From assembly GCA_963750165.1 (NCBI GenBank), contig CAVVPN010000010.1:64001-128000 (forward strand): a stretch of 64,000 nt of DNA, given 5' to 3'. A model generated the notes under the pieces. It had not been told where the DNA came from and did not search any database. It saw only the letters and a program-made list of their open reading frames with translations. The stretch comes from an uncultured Gemmataceae bacterium (GTDB taxonomy: Bacteria > Planctomycetota > Planctomycetia > Gemmatales > Gemmataceae). The position numbers and the translations under genes were made by a program. Of this stretch, positions 1-10,298 are shown in pieces (the stretch's first letter is position 1; each line of letters begins with the position of its first letter).

Positions 1-43
1 GGCGTGCTGCCGGCCCGGAAATGAGCGCAAGACCGTGATCGCT

Positions 44-120
44 GTCTTCGTTCATAGTACCGCCTTCAGGCAGAATCAGCGTCTCGGATTCCGCCTGAAG
101 GCGGTACTACGAACGAAGAC
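44..120. repeat. REP/REPIN-like inverted repeat, family A (GTAGTACCGCCTTCAGGCGG)
   Basis: Arms 44-77 and 87-120 are near-perfect reverse complements; related copy at 13774-13846. Confidence 0.8.
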
Positions 121-135
121 GCCCCCTTTCCGCCA

Positions 136-519
136 CTATTTGCTTTTGGGCGGCAGTGGGGTGGGTCCCTGACGCAGTTCGCCCAGGTAGCGGTCGTTGC
201 CGGTGGTCGGGATGACGCGATACCACACGTTCTCACCGGGGCGGAAGCCGGTGGCGGCCAGACCCAGGTTCAGGCTCTGGCTCTGACGGTCGAAGTAGCG
301 CGTGAAGCGGCTCACGCGGTACATCTGGTTCACGATCTGATTGCCCTCGACCGAGCGGATGGTGATGAAACCGGTCTTGGGATTGATGTTGACAATTTGG
401 CCGCGGATTTCCGGGCCGAGTTTGACCGGCGCCGGTGGTTGAACGGCCGGGTTCTGGGCCGCGACCACCCCCGCCGTCAGCAACAGGCCGACCACCACAC
501 ACGGCAGCATTCGCTTCAT
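136..519 (-). CDS. Hypothetical secreted protein
   Basis: MKRMLPCVVVGLLLTAGVVAAQ signal peptide from the ATG at 519; beta-rich mature part. Confidence 0.7.
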   Translation of the reverse strand: MKRMLPCVVVGLLLTAGVVAAQNPAVQPPAPVKLGPEIRGQIVNINPKTGFITIRSVEGNQIVNQMYRVSRFTRYFDRQSQSLNLGLAATGFRPGENVWYRVIPTTGNDRYLGELRQGPTPLPPKSK

Positions 520-598
520 GGGAAACCCCTTTTGCTCTGCTCCACATCTGTGCATCCCTCCCGGCATGGCGCCGGGACTTCACCTGAATGAGAAGTTT

Positions 599-614
599 TG
601 CAAACGGGGTGCCG
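599..614 (-). promoter_or_regulatory. Putative sigma-54 -24/-12 promoter
   Basis: Minus strand CGGCACCCCGTTTGCA = GG-N10-GC, about 80 bp upstream of the 519 start. Confidence 0.5.
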
Positions 615-661
615 CTAGCGCTTGAGACCGCCTGTTTTACGGCGTGAACCTCGACAAACAC

Positions 662-711
662 GAACCCCGTTTTTAGTTTCGCGCGCGCGCGCGAAACTAA
701 AAACGGGGTTC
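662..711. repeat. Perfect 50-bp spacerless palindrome with central (CG)n
   Basis: GAACCCCGTTTTTAGTTTCGCGCGC|GCGCGCGAAACTAAAAACGGGGTTC. Confidence 0.9.
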
Positions 712-728
712 TAATTGGGCGCCAGTTC

Positions 729-2696
729 CTAGCGCACGCCATCACGGTAGCCGGTCTTGTACGGCGCCGGGTCGATCACATCAGGGAAGCCATCGCCATC
801 GCTGTCGCGCAGGTACGGCAGGTCCAGCCCGTACGCCTGCCGCACGTTCACCAGGGCGCGCGACACAATCGGCTCGCCACGGATGTTGCGAATCGGCCCT
901 TCGATCTTGCCCGGCACGCGGAACAGCCATTCCGGGTTGAACCGCTCCAGGCCCGTGTCCATCTTCTGCACGATGAAGTGGTCCGAAATGATGCCGTCGC
1001 CGTTCATGTCGCAGGCCAGCTGGTCCGTCTGGTACAGCACCAGGCTCTGCAGGAAGCAGACCACCTGCTTCTGCTCCGCTTCCGACAGCTTCTTGTAGGC
1101 GTTGCGCGACGCCAGGGACTCGCCGCCGTGACGGCGGATCACCGCGTCCAGGTCGAGGCTGGCGCCGTCGTGGCCGTACGGCGCCGTGGTGCCGACGCCC
1201 CACAGCGGCGTCGTCCGCCACTGCTTGACGAGGCTGCCGTCGAACTGCATCTGGTAGAACTCCGGCCCCACGTCGTGGTACTTGAAGTCGCTGTAGATGC
1301 CCTTGACGGTGTATGCCCCGCGCCGCGGGATCGTGCGCTTGCCCACCTTGTCGGCCAGGTAAACGACCTTGCCCTCCAACCGCTCCGTTTTGTCGTTGTA
1401 GCCTACCTGCAGCTCGAAGAAGCGGCGGTCGCCGTCGTAGCGCTGCGTGTAGTCCTTCGCGCCCGGGTTGTGGGCGTGCAGGTGCCAGTCCGGCACGTGG
1501 CAGCTGGCGCAGCCAATCGCGTGGAATAGCTTCTCGCCGGCAAGCGCATCCTTCGTGATGCGGCCGCGGGCCGGGGCGGGGTGGTTGAGCAGATACCACT
1601 CGGTCACGTCGAGGTCGCCCTCGGTCAGTTCCTCGCAGTAGCCGTCGCGGTCGGGGTCGTCCAGGCTGATGCCGGTTGGCCCCTTCATGCCGCCGCGGTC
1701 CTTGCCGGCGGCGGTCACGAACTGCTGCGCCCCCGCGTTGGACACCAGGGCCAGGGCGTCCTTGTTGGGGCTGGTGAATGTCGTCGGATCGCACGCCTGC
1801 AAGCCGGAATGGATGTCGAACGGCGCCGACGAGAACGCCCGCAGCGTGGTCGAGAGCGGCGGCCGGAACGGCAGATACAGGTTGCCGAAGCCGAACACCT
1901 GCACCTCAAAGGTGTAGCCGGCCACCTCGGGGTACTTCAGGTTCTTGGCGAAGGCGATGCGCTGGCCGTTTTTGTCCACGAAGATCGGGTAGAAGATCGG
2001 GTTGAGGTCGGGGAAACCGTTGCCGTCCAGATCCTCGAAGCTGCCGTAGTCGATCTCGACGCGGCCCGGCGTGCCCGGCGGCAGGTTGGCCAGGACCAGC
2101 CGCTTGCCCCTGGCTTCCTCGAAGCTGATCCAGCCATCGCGGTTGGTGTCGGCGCTGGCCAGCGCCTGCAGACGCATCTGGAGACCGATCATTTCCTGCA
2201 GACCGCCGCCGAACATGTGCGGCGTGTTGCGACCGGTGCCGCCGTTCTTGGCCATGGTCTGACCGGCGCCAGCGTCGCGGTACGGGACGTTGTGGCAGGC
2301 ACCGCAGGAGTTGGCATGGCTGCGGTCCATCATTTTGCTGGCGCCGTCGGCCAGCAGCGGCCCCTCGATCTTGCCGGCGTCGCCGTACACGCCGTCGCGC
2401 TCGCGGAAGTTGCGCTGCGTCAGGCTCTTGCCCCACAGGTAGCCGAGCCACGGATCGATCTGCTGCAGATACATCGAGCCGCCGACCAAATGAGGATCGG
2501 TGGTGTGGACGACGCGGATGCGCGGGTTTTTGATCGACAGGCCGGAGAGGTCGCGCGGCGTATCGATGGGGTTATCGAGGGAATGGCCGGAGCGCTCGGA
2601 CTGCTGGCCGCGGAGGCCGAGGACATGGCCGACGTAGAGCGCAGCCGCAAGGCCGGCGATGAAGCCGCAGGCCAGCAGACAGGATCGTTTCTTCAT
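729..2696 (-). CDS. Di-heme oxidoreductase family (DHOR/DUF1111-like) c-type cytochrome with Ca-binding-like motifs
   Basis: Two CxxCH (CGACH, CASCH), RNTPHMFG, YSDFKYHD, WRTTPLWGVG..APYGHDG, HGGE motifs; N-terminal export signal. Confidence 0.8.
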   Translation of the reverse strand: MKKRSCLLACGFIAGLAAALYVGHVLGLRGQQSERSGHSLDNPIDTPRDLSGLSIKNPRIRVVHTTDPHLVGGSMYLQQIDPWLGYLWGKSLTQRNFRERDGVYGDAGKIEGPLLADGASKMMDRSHANSCGACHNVPYRDAGAGQTMAKNGGTGRNTPHMFGGGLQEMIGLQMRLQALASADTNRDGWISFEEARGKRLVLANLPPGTPGRVEIDYGSFEDLDGNGFPDLNPIFYPIFVDKNGQRIAFAKNLKYPEVAGYTFEVQVFGFGNLYLPFRPPLSTTLRAFSSAPFDIHSGLQACDPTTFTSPNKDALALVSNAGAQQFVTAAGKDRGGMKGPTGISLDDPDRDGYCEELTEGDLDVTEWYLLNHPAPARGRITKDALAGEKLFHAIGCASCHVPDWHLHAHNPGAKDYTQRYDGDRRFFELQVGYNDKTERLEGKVVYLADKVGKRTIPRRGAYTVKGIYSDFKYHDVGPEFYQMQFDGSLVKQWRTTPLWGVGTTAPYGHDGASLDLDAVIRRHGGESLASRNAYKKLSEAEQKQVVCFLQSLVLYQTDQLACDMNGDGIISDHFIVQKMDTGLERFNPEWLFRVPGKIEGPIRNIRGEPIVSRALVNVRQAYGLDLPYLRDSDGDGFPDVIDPAPYKTGYRDGVR

Positions 2697-2797
2697 GGGG
2701 TGCTCCGTATAAAAGCCTCTCGTCGGGCGGCCGCACTGGAATGGCCGCGGTTGCCCGGGTTGTCGTCAACTGAAACCGTTGCCGGAGGGGATCCTTC

Positions 2798-2962
2798 ATG
2801 GTTGAGCGTAAAAGCGAACTGAAACGCCGTCAACAGCGCAAGCTGAAAATGCGCAAGCTCAAGGCGAAGTTGGCCGCCGCCAAGGACGGCCACAGCCGCG
2901 AGCAGATTTTGAACAAAATCCATCGCATTAGCCCGTGGTGGCTGGAGCCGCAGCAGGCGTGA
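2798..2962 (+). CDS. Small basic protein, 54 aa (resembles planctomycete DUF6800-type proteins, from memory)
   Basis: GGAGGG SD then MVERKSELKRRQQRKLKMRKLKAKLAAAKDGHSREQILNKIHRISPWWLEPQQA; too short for the ORF track. Confidence 0.7.
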   Translation: MVERKSELKRRQQRKLKMRKLKAKLAAAKDGHSREQILNKIHRISPWWLEPQQA

Positions 2963-2978
2963 GCGCGGCGGTTTGGTC

Positions 2979-3033
2979 GGAGCCCGAGCGCCAGCGCGGG
3001 GCAGCGCCTGCCCCGCGCTGGCGCTCGGGCTCC
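2979..3033. repeat. REP-like inverted repeat, family B (GGAGCCCGAGCGCCAGCGCGGG)
   Basis: Long GC hairpin between convergent genes; copies at 19529, 23448, 37481. Confidence 0.8.
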
Positions 3034-3085
3034 TTCAATCATTCGACGAGGCCGCCCAGCTTTCGGATTGCCAGGAATCGGTTAG

Positions 3086-4527
3086 CTACCCGCCAAACCA
3101 CCATGCCTCGACCGCCAGCAGGATCGCGAAGCCGGTCAGCGCCATGCACGCCCGGCAGGCGTTGAACTTCACCATCACGTCGCGCACGCTCAGGCGGCAA
3201 TACTCCTTGACGAGCCAGAAACCGCTGTCGGCCGGCTGCGTCATGAACGTGACGCCGTTGGCGACCGCCAGAATCAACAGCGTTTCGCGCCCGGCAGCCG
3301 CGCCGCCAGGCCCGCCAGCAGTGCCGACGCCGTCAGGATCGCCGCCGTCGCCGAGCCCAGCGCCACGCGCACCAGCACCGCGACCACGAACGCCACCGCC
3401 ACCGGCGTCAGCGGCAACGCGCCCGCCTGCTCCGCGATGTACCGGCCGGCCCCGGTCGCCTGGATCACCTCCTTGAAGCCGCCCGCGGCGCCGAACAGGA
3501 ACAGCATCGAACCCACGTCGTTCAGGCCGTCGCCGGCCAGCTGCGCCAGCCGCTCCGGTCCCAGGCCGCGCCGCCAGCCGAGCAGCCAGAACGCCAGGCC
3601 CGTCGGGATCAGCAGCGCCATCGTCTGGTGGCCGAGGAACTGCAACCAGTCCACCGGCCGATGCGTCAACACCGCCAACCACGGCGGCGCGTCGGCGCGG
3701 GCGATCAGTGGCTCGGTCAGCGCCGCGGGCAGATGATGCAGATCGGCCAGCAGTTTCGCCCCGAAGCCGAGCAGGCTGAGCCCCAGCGGCAGCGTCACCA
3801 CCAGCACCGCGACCGCGAACGATGGCGGCGGGGTCGCGGGCTTGCCCAGCACCTGCGTGTCGTCCTCGGCCGCCTCCGCCCTCGGAGCGGCAACGAACTG
3901 CTGCCGCGCCCACCAGCGACCGGGGCCGAACCAGCCGACCAGCACCACCGGCACGCCCATCAGGGCGCCGAACACAATCGTCTCGATCATGATCGTGCTG
4001 CCCGGTTTGTCGCCGCCCAGGTTGGCCACGGCGCCGACGATGCCGGGGTGTGGCGGCACCAGGGAGTGCATCGTCGCCAGGCTGAAGATCAGCGGCAGCG
4101 CGAACCACAGCAGCGACCGGCCTGTGTCGCGCTGCAGTCGATACATGATCGGCATCAGCAGCAAGAAACCGACGTTGAAGAGGACCGGGATGCCGATCAG
4201 GTACGAGGCAACCAGGACCGCCAGGGAGGCCCGCTGAACCCCGAAGGCGCGGACGAGGGTGCGAGCGATGACCTCGGCGGCGCCGGAGGCGTCGAGGACG
4301 CGGCCGAGCATGGCGCCCAGTGCCAGGATGATGGCGACACTGGCGAGGATGTCGCCGATGCCCTTGCCGACGGCGCCGACCACCGTCAAGGGCGGCAGTC
4401 CCGCGGCCAGGCCAAGGCCGAGGCTGACGAGCAACAGGGCCACGAACGCCTGGAACCGGTAGCGGATGATGAGCACCAACAACGCCACCAGGGCGGCGGC
4501 GGTGCAGACGGCAGGCCAGGCATTCAT
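3086..4527 (-). CDS. GntP family gluconate/acid-sugar permease (frameshift near 3290)
   Basis: Multi-TM; LGAMLG..L.ASGAA, HSLVPPHPG, RVALGSATAA; C-terminal DSGFWLVKEY motif lies in another frame. Confidence 0.85.
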
Positions 4528-4555
4528 GGGTGGGGAGGGGGGTCCTTTTCCCGAT

Positions 4556-6415
4556 TTATCGGTTCGCAATGACAATCGTGAAGGCGTGGTCGATCAACCG
4601 GCCGCCGCTCCGCAGGACGACGCGCACGTCCGCCTCCGGGCCGGGGAAGTTCGCGGGCACCTGCCACGTGATCTCGCCCTGCGGACTGATTTGCATGCCC
4701 GGCGGGTGCGTGGCCAGTTCGTAACCCACGCCGCCCGCGCGCTGGCGCACGTCCAGGGCGTAGCGGTAGGGGTCGCCGCGCCGCGCCGCCTGCACCGGCC
4801 GCGACGCCACATAGAGGTAATCGACGTTGGCCTTCTTGAACGCCGCCTCCGGGTCGAAGCGGTGCAGCACCATCTCCTCGCCGTTGCCGCGGATCGTGAT
4901 GATGACCTTCGCGTCCGGGACGAAATGCACGCGCCGGTCGAACGGCAGCGATGCCCGCAGTGGTGCCTTCGGTTCGTCGAGACCGTCGAGGTTCAGCTTG
5001 ACCAGCGGCTTCGCGAAACCGGGCAGGTGGACTGGCACGCCGCCGGGCGGGATGCGCGGCTGACCGGGGCCGGCGTTGAGGAATTGCAGGTACATCGTGC
5101 CGTGCGCCGCGGGGACACAGTTGCCGCTGTTCCCCACCAGCAGCTTCAGCCCCGGGCTCAGGGTGTCGTGGTTCGTGAACACGCGGCGGCCGTCCGCGCT
5201 CGGCAGCGGATAACTGCCGTTGCCGGCGTAGCGTTTGAGTTCGCCGCGCGCCACCGCGCACGCCTGGATGACGCCGCCGGCGTTCGGCTGACAGGTGAAC
5301 AGCCGGCCGTTGGACGATGCGCGCAGGAACAGCTGCGGAGTGATGTCGAAAATGCCCTGTGGGTTGAGCGGCAGCGGAATGCGTTTGGCGCCGTCGCGCA
5401 CGTCAAAGAACGCCGTTTCGCCGAGCCGCGACAGGTCGAGGCCGGTGACGACCAGTGGTCCCGCGGACGCCGAGCCCATCGCCACGGCGAACGGCGGCAC
5501 CTTCATATCCAGCTTGACCTTCGCCCCGCGGGTCAGGTCCGGCAGCCGAAAGATCTCGGCGCTGGACTTCTCCGGGTAGACGACGATCAGCCGGTCCGCG
5601 CCGGCCGCGATCAGCACCTGGTCCTCGGGCTCGACCTCCGCCTCCTTGACGAAGGCGCACTTGCTCACGTCGAAGACGCTGACCTTGTGCAGGCTGAGGT
5701 GGAAGAAGACGAGGTAACGGCCGCCGCCGCCGACCACCGCGGCGCTGGCCATTGCCGGCAGTTTGAGGACAACCTGTTCGTCGGCGAGCGTGGCCGGCGT
5801 GATGACCAGGGCGGCCGGTGGTGGCGGCGGCAGCACCGGGAACGGCGTCGCCACAGGCTTCTCCCTGGGGAACTGGTCGATTGGGTCGAACTTCTCGTCC
5901 TCTTTTTCCTTCTTCTCGGGCTGCTTCTGTTCCTTCTTCTCGGGTTCGTCCCGGGGGGGATTCGGGGCCGGCTTTTCTTTCCCCAGCGGCGCCGCCTTCT
6001 TCGCGGCCTCCGTGCTCGGGCTCGTCGAGACGGGCGTCATCCAGAACACCACCAGCAGAACGACACCGCCACAGGCGAGCAGGACGCACACGGCGGCCAG
6101 GCCGAGGACCACCCACACGACCGGGAAGCCGCCCGCGGACGGTCGCGGTTGCCGGGGCGGCAGTTCCGGGGCCGTTCGCGGCGCGGCGGGCAACCGGCCG
6201 GGCTGGGTCTGCACCTGCCGTGCGGCGGCCGGGACCGGAGCGGGCACCGCGGCCGGGGGACGCGCGGCGATGGCCTGGGGCGGTGCGGGCGTGCCGTTGG
6301 TGGTGTCGGGAATGCGGAAGGGCTGCTGACAGCCGGGACAGCGGACCTGTTTACCGCGAGCGGTGTCGGGAACCTGGCTGGCCGCCCGGCAGGCGGGGCA
6401 GTTGACGATGAGCAT
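4556..6415 (-). CDS. Zinc-ribbon membrane protein with Pro-rich linker and C-terminal Ig-like domain
   Basis: CPAC..GKQVRCPGC, Pro-rich stretch, one TM, C-terminal YRYAL..PPGMQISPQGEITW. Confidence 0.7.
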   Translation of the reverse strand: MLIVNCPACRAASQVPDTARGKQVRCPGCQQPFRIPDTTNGTPAPPQAIAARPPAAVPAPVPAAARQVQTQPGRLPAAPRTAPELPPRQPRPSAGGFPVVWVVLGLAAVCVLLACGGVVLLVVFWMTPVSTSPSTEAAKKAAPLGKEKPAPNPPRDEPEKKEQKQPEKKEKEDEKFDPIDQFPREKPVATPFPVLPPPPPAALVITPATLADEQVVLKLPAMASAAVVGGGGRYLVFFHLSLHKVSVFDVSKCAFVKEAEVEPEDQVLIAAGADRLIVVYPEKSSAEIFRLPDLTRGAKVKLDMKVPPFAVAMGSASAGPLVVTGLDLSRLGETAFFDVRDGAKRIPLPLNPQGIFDITPQLFLRASSNGRLFTCQPNAGGVIQACAVARGELKRYAGNGSYPLPSADGRRVFTNHDTLSPGLKLLVGNSGNCVPAAHGTMYLQFLNAGPGQPRIPPGGVPVHLPGFAKPLVKLNLDGLDEPKAPLRASLPFDRRVHFVPDAKVIITIRGNGEEMVLHRFDPEAAFKKANVDYLYVASRPVQAARRGDPYRYALDVRQRAGGVGYELATHPPGMQISPQGEITWQVPANFPGPEADVRVVLRSGGRLIDHAFTIVIANR

Positions 6416-6509
6416 GACGGCGGCACCCTGAGAGAAAGAAACGCCCGGCAGACGACCGGGGGTGCGCCCATTTTACAACATCCGCGCGTCGCGGTCAGCG
6501 GCCCTTCTT

Positions 6510-6563
6510 GTCCGCCGCTTGCGGCTGAGCGCATGAAGCGCGCCAGGCCGCAAGCGGCAGACA
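6510..6563. repeat. REP-like inverted repeat, family E (CCGCTTGCGGC)
   Basis: CCGCTTGCGGCTGAGCGC...GCGCCAGGCCGCAAGCGG; partial copy near 52430. Confidence 0.55.
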
Positions 6564-6570
6564 AGACAGT

Positions 6571-8411
6571 TCACAGCGATTTCAGATACGCAATCAGATC
6601 GCTCAGTTCCGCGTCGGTGAGTTCGCCGCGGCCGGTGACGCGCTCGGGGTTGTGGTCGCCGCGCAGCGCCTCCTCCAGCGTCTTCGCCCGGCCGTCGTGC
6701 AGCAACAGCACGCGATCATACACGCCCAGCAGCGACGGCGGATTGTAGCCCTTGTACTGGTCCGTGCGCTTGCCGGTGCCCACGTCGTGGACGCGGCCGT
6801 CGGTGAAGTACGGCCCCGAGTGGCAGCGCACACAGTCCGCCTTTTTGCCCTTGAACACCTGCGCGCGCGCCGCGCCGCCTCGGTCAGACTGCCGTCGCGG
6901 TTGCGGTGCGGGTTCGGCGGCACCGCCAGCGTCTCGAAGTAAGCGAGCAGCGCGTCCACGTCCGCCGCGCTCGGCGGCCGTTTGCCGAGCATCGTGTCCT
7001 TGAGCGATTTGCTCATGGCCGCGCGCAGGTCCTTCTGCCAGCCGTGCCACGTCCACGGCCCCGTCTTCGTCACGTTGCGCAGACTCAGCACCGTCTTGAA
7101 CGTGAATGACACATAACCGTCGTTCTTCGTGTCCATCGCCGCCGCGTTGGTGTGGCCCTCGTAGTGGCAAGTGTGGCAGCTGTACCACTGATCCAGCGAC
7201 CGCTTGCCGTCATAGAAGATCGCCTCGCCCTTGCGTGCCAGCGATGGCTCCTTCGGGCCGCCGAGCGCGATCGTCCGCGCCACCGCCTTGCCGGGCACGT
7301 CCACCACCTGCACGCAGTTGAGTAAATAGTTCGTCACATAAACATGCTTGCCGTCCTTCGCATAGCGCACCGCCATCGGCCGGCCGCCGAGGTCGATGCG
7401 GTAGTGGCGGCTTTTGTCCTTGAGCAGTTTGGCGTCGATGTGATCGCCGGGGCCGCCGTAATCCTGGAACGGCAGCCCCGCCGTCTTGTAGACCAGCAAT
7501 TCCTGCGTGCCGGACGCGGCGCTGACCAGCCACTGCTCGTCCGGGCTCAGCGCCAGGCCGTGCGGGTCGGCCACCGCCAGCCCTTGCGGGTCCAGCGAAA
7601 TCGCCTCGCGGCGGGCCGGGCCGTCCAGCCGAACGCGAGCGATACGGCTCGCCAGCACCCAGCCGATGCGAATGTTGTTCGGCGTGATCGGGTTGTAGCG
7701 GTACACCATCCACGGAAAGTAAACGTACTTGCCGTCTCTGGAAATCTGCATCTGGCCGAGGTTGATGCCGCTGAACGCTTCGTCATAGAGCAGCTTGCGT
7801 GTGGCGGTGTCCACGACGGAGACGCCGCCGTCACCGTTGGCCCCGACCGCGAGCCGGCTGCCGTCCGGCGACACCGCCAGATAGCGCGGCCACTTGCCGA
7901 CACTGATGCGGTCCACCACCTTCAGCGCCGCCAGATCGACCACCGCGATTTGATGCGCGGTCGTCAACGCCACATAGGCCAGATCGCCCTGCGGCGCCAC
8001 CGCGACGCCGCGCGGCTCGAAGCCGAGGTAGACCGAGCCCGTCCGCTTGAGCGTTTCGCCGTCGAGTTGGAGCACGGTCAGGTCGTGGCTGAAGGTGCCG
8101 GTGACGACGGCGCGGCGCCCGTCCGGCGTCAGGGCGATGCCGCTGGGCCGCTTGCCGGCGGGCACTTCCGCGAGCACCTTGCCGCCGGCCACGTCCACGA
8201 GCGAGACGGTGTTGCTGGTCTGGTTGACGGTGAGCAGCCGCTGTTCATCGCCAGTGAGCACGAGGTCCACGGGCGAGCGGTCCACGTCGGCGGCGGGCTG
8301 CTGCTGGGGCGCCGGCGTCTGGCCGTGGACGAGGCCGAGGAGCAGCAGCGGCAGCAGGACCAGCAGGGCTCGGGGGCCGGTGGCGGTGGGCGGCGATGTG
8401 TAGTGGGTCAC
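6571..8411 (-). CDS. YVTN-type beta-propeller fused to di-heme cytochrome c peroxidase-like domain (frameshift near 6870)
   Basis: Propeller repeats (VGKWPR, PRGVAV), SCHTCH, then CVRCH and LHDGRA..LEE in a second frame. Confidence 0.8.
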
Positions 8412-8566
8412 GGCAACCTCGTCGGCAGATGGTGGGACCGAAACGGCAGCGGGCCAGACAAGGTATCTTTTTACCCGCCGGACGCTGCCGGATCAAGCAA
8501 GCAGCTTCAGGTCAGGGGACTCCGAAGACGATTGTGCGAATTGCGGTGAGCCACTTATTTTCCCCG

Positions 8567-8584
8567 TTTTGCGGTGTTACGCTC
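8567..8584 (+). repeat. 18-bp direct repeat, copy 1 (TTTTGCGGTGTTACGCTC)
   Basis: Identical copy at 10205-10222. Confidence 0.8.
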
Positions 8585-8657
8585 TCCCATGATCCGCGGT
8601 TCGTTCTGATCAGAACTCGACGCGCAAGATTCCGGTCTCCACCCCTGAGGTTCCATT

Positions 8658-9494
8658 ATGACGCACACGAGTCGTCTGGTGAGTGCTGTACTGCTGTCGC
8701 TCGCGCCGACGCTGCCACTGCCCGGGGAGGCAGGCGACAAGGGCAAGGAAGACCCCGTCATTGCCGGCATGAAGTTTGTCAAGGTGCCCAAAGGGACGTT
8801 CTGGATGGGCTGGGATAGCCAGGAAAAGAAGAGCAAGCAGGTCGAGATCAAGCAGGATTTCGAGCTGGCGGCGTACCCGGTGACGCAGGAGCAATGGGAA
8901 GCGGTCATGGGCACCAACCCCAGTTACTTTTCCCGGAAGGGCAAGGGGGTGGACAACGTTAAGAATGTTTCAGACGCCGACCTGAAGCGGTTCCCGGTGG
9001 AGCAGGTCTCCTGGGAGGACGCCCAGGAATTCCTGAAGAAGCTGAACGCCCGCGCGAAGGGCAAGGGCTGGGTGTACCGCTTGCCGACCCAGGCGGAATG
9101 GGAATACGCCTGCCGCGGCACGGCCACGAGCAAGAAAGATTGCTCCTTCGACTATTACCTCGACCGGCCGACAAACAACCTGTCGTCCAAACAGGCCAAT
9201 TTCCGGGGCACCGACCCGGGCGGCAAGGCGGAGCGCGGGCCGTACCTCGGGCGGACGAGCAAGGTCGGCTCGTACCCGCCGAACAAGCTGGGCCTGTACG
9301 ACATGCACGGCAACGTGCAGCAGTGGTGCGGCGATAAGTATCTGGGTACCTCATCCCCGGCGTACCGGGGCGGCAGCTGGATCGTGCCCGGCATGGACTG
9401 CACGGCGGCGTACATGCGCGGAGCGTTGCCGACGTTGCGCGTCAATTACATCGGGCTGCGCCTGGTCCGCGTCCCGTCCGGGACCGGGAAATGA
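8658..9494 (+). CDS. Formylglycine-generating enzyme family (SUMF1/FGE-sulfatase domain) protein
   Basis: GTFWMG, VTQEQW, PVEQVSW, RLPTQAEWEYACR, NKLGLYDMHGNV, RGGSW, GLRL. Confidence 0.9.
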   Translation: MTHTSRLVSAVLLSLAPTLPLPGEAGDKGKEDPVIAGMKFVKVPKGTFWMGWDSQEKKSKQVEIKQDFELAAYPVTQEQWEAVMGTNPSYFSRKGKGVDNVKNVSDADLKRFPVEQVSWEDAQEFLKKLNARAKGKGWVYRLPTQAEWEYACRGTATSKKDCSFDYYLDRPTNNLSSKQANFRGTDPGGKAERGPYLGRTSKVGSYPPNKLGLYDMHGNVQQWCGDKYLGTSSPAYRGGSWIVPGMDCTAAYMRGALPTLRVNYIGLRLVRVPSGTGK

Positions 9495-9609
9495 GCGCCG
9501 CGGCTGGGCCGAGGCTCGATGGTTGCGTTTGCCAGGGACGCAGGGATCGTGTTCCGGCCAGCCGCAGCCGGCGGCTTCGGCGGCTGCCAACCGAAGAACG
9601 GGGCAACTC

Positions 9610-10170
9610 ATGATAGTTCGCTGCACAAGCGGGGCAGTGCTCGTTCTGGTCCTCCTCGCGCTCGGGCGTGACTCGTTACCCCTGGTCGCCTCGCAAGAAA
9701 AAGACGCGCCGCAGAAAAAACGCCATGACCCCGAGAAGGAACTGGCCGCCCTGAAAGCAACCGTCAAGGAACTCGCGGAAGCCAACCGGAAGCTGGCCGA
9801 GCAACTCGACCGCCTGGCCAGAGAGCACGAACGTCTGAAGGCGGCATTCGCGAAGGAAACCGAGCAGGCGATCAAGGGCCGGGTCGCGCGGATCGAGGTC
9901 ACCGAGCGTGCGGTGCTGTCCGCGAACCGGCGCGACCTGCGGTTCTTTGTGGCGACGGGGTCCACCGCGCAGCCGGTCGCGTGCCTCGCAGATTGCAGGG
10001 ACTTTCCGTTGCCGACCGCCATCTTTGCGAAAGCCGGCAGCCACGCGGGGAGAAATGGCGTCCATGTCCATGTCGTCTTCCCAGGGCCTGCAACAAAAGG
10101 GGTCGTCGCCGTGAACATCTTTCAGGCCGCGATGGCACCAGGAGACCTTGCCGTCATTCCGGTGAAGTGA
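9610..10170 (+). CDS. Hypothetical exported protein with coiled coil
   Basis: Hydrophobic N-terminus, heptad-rich ELAALKATVKELAEANRKL. Confidence 0.6.
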   Translation: MIVRCTSGAVLVLVLLALGRDSLPLVASQEKDAPQKKRHDPEKELAALKATVKELAEANRKLAEQLDRLAREHERLKAAFAKETEQAIKGRVARIEVTERAVLSANRRDLRFFVATGSTAQPVACLADCRDFPLPTAIFAKAGSHAGRNGVHVHVVFPGPATKGVVAVNIFQAAMAPGDLAVIPVK

Positions 10171-10204
10171 TCGAGACAGCGGGGCGTGCCTCTTGTTTTC
10201 GGAT

Positions 10205-10222
10205 TTTTGCGGTGTTACGCTC
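10205..10222 (+). repeat. 18-bp direct repeat, copy 2
   Basis: Identical to 8567-8584. Confidence 0.8.
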
Positions 10223-10298
10223 GACCGCGGAGAAGCGCGGGAACGCCGCGATGACATCCCCCTGACACCGCTGTACCGAAAACCCGGAGACTTCCGCC

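Noticed and set aside
4466..6748. 760-aa plus-strand ORF and similar long overlapping ORFs (e.g. 44547-46316, 23350-24771)
   Set aside because: Shadow frames of well-supported opposite-strand genes.
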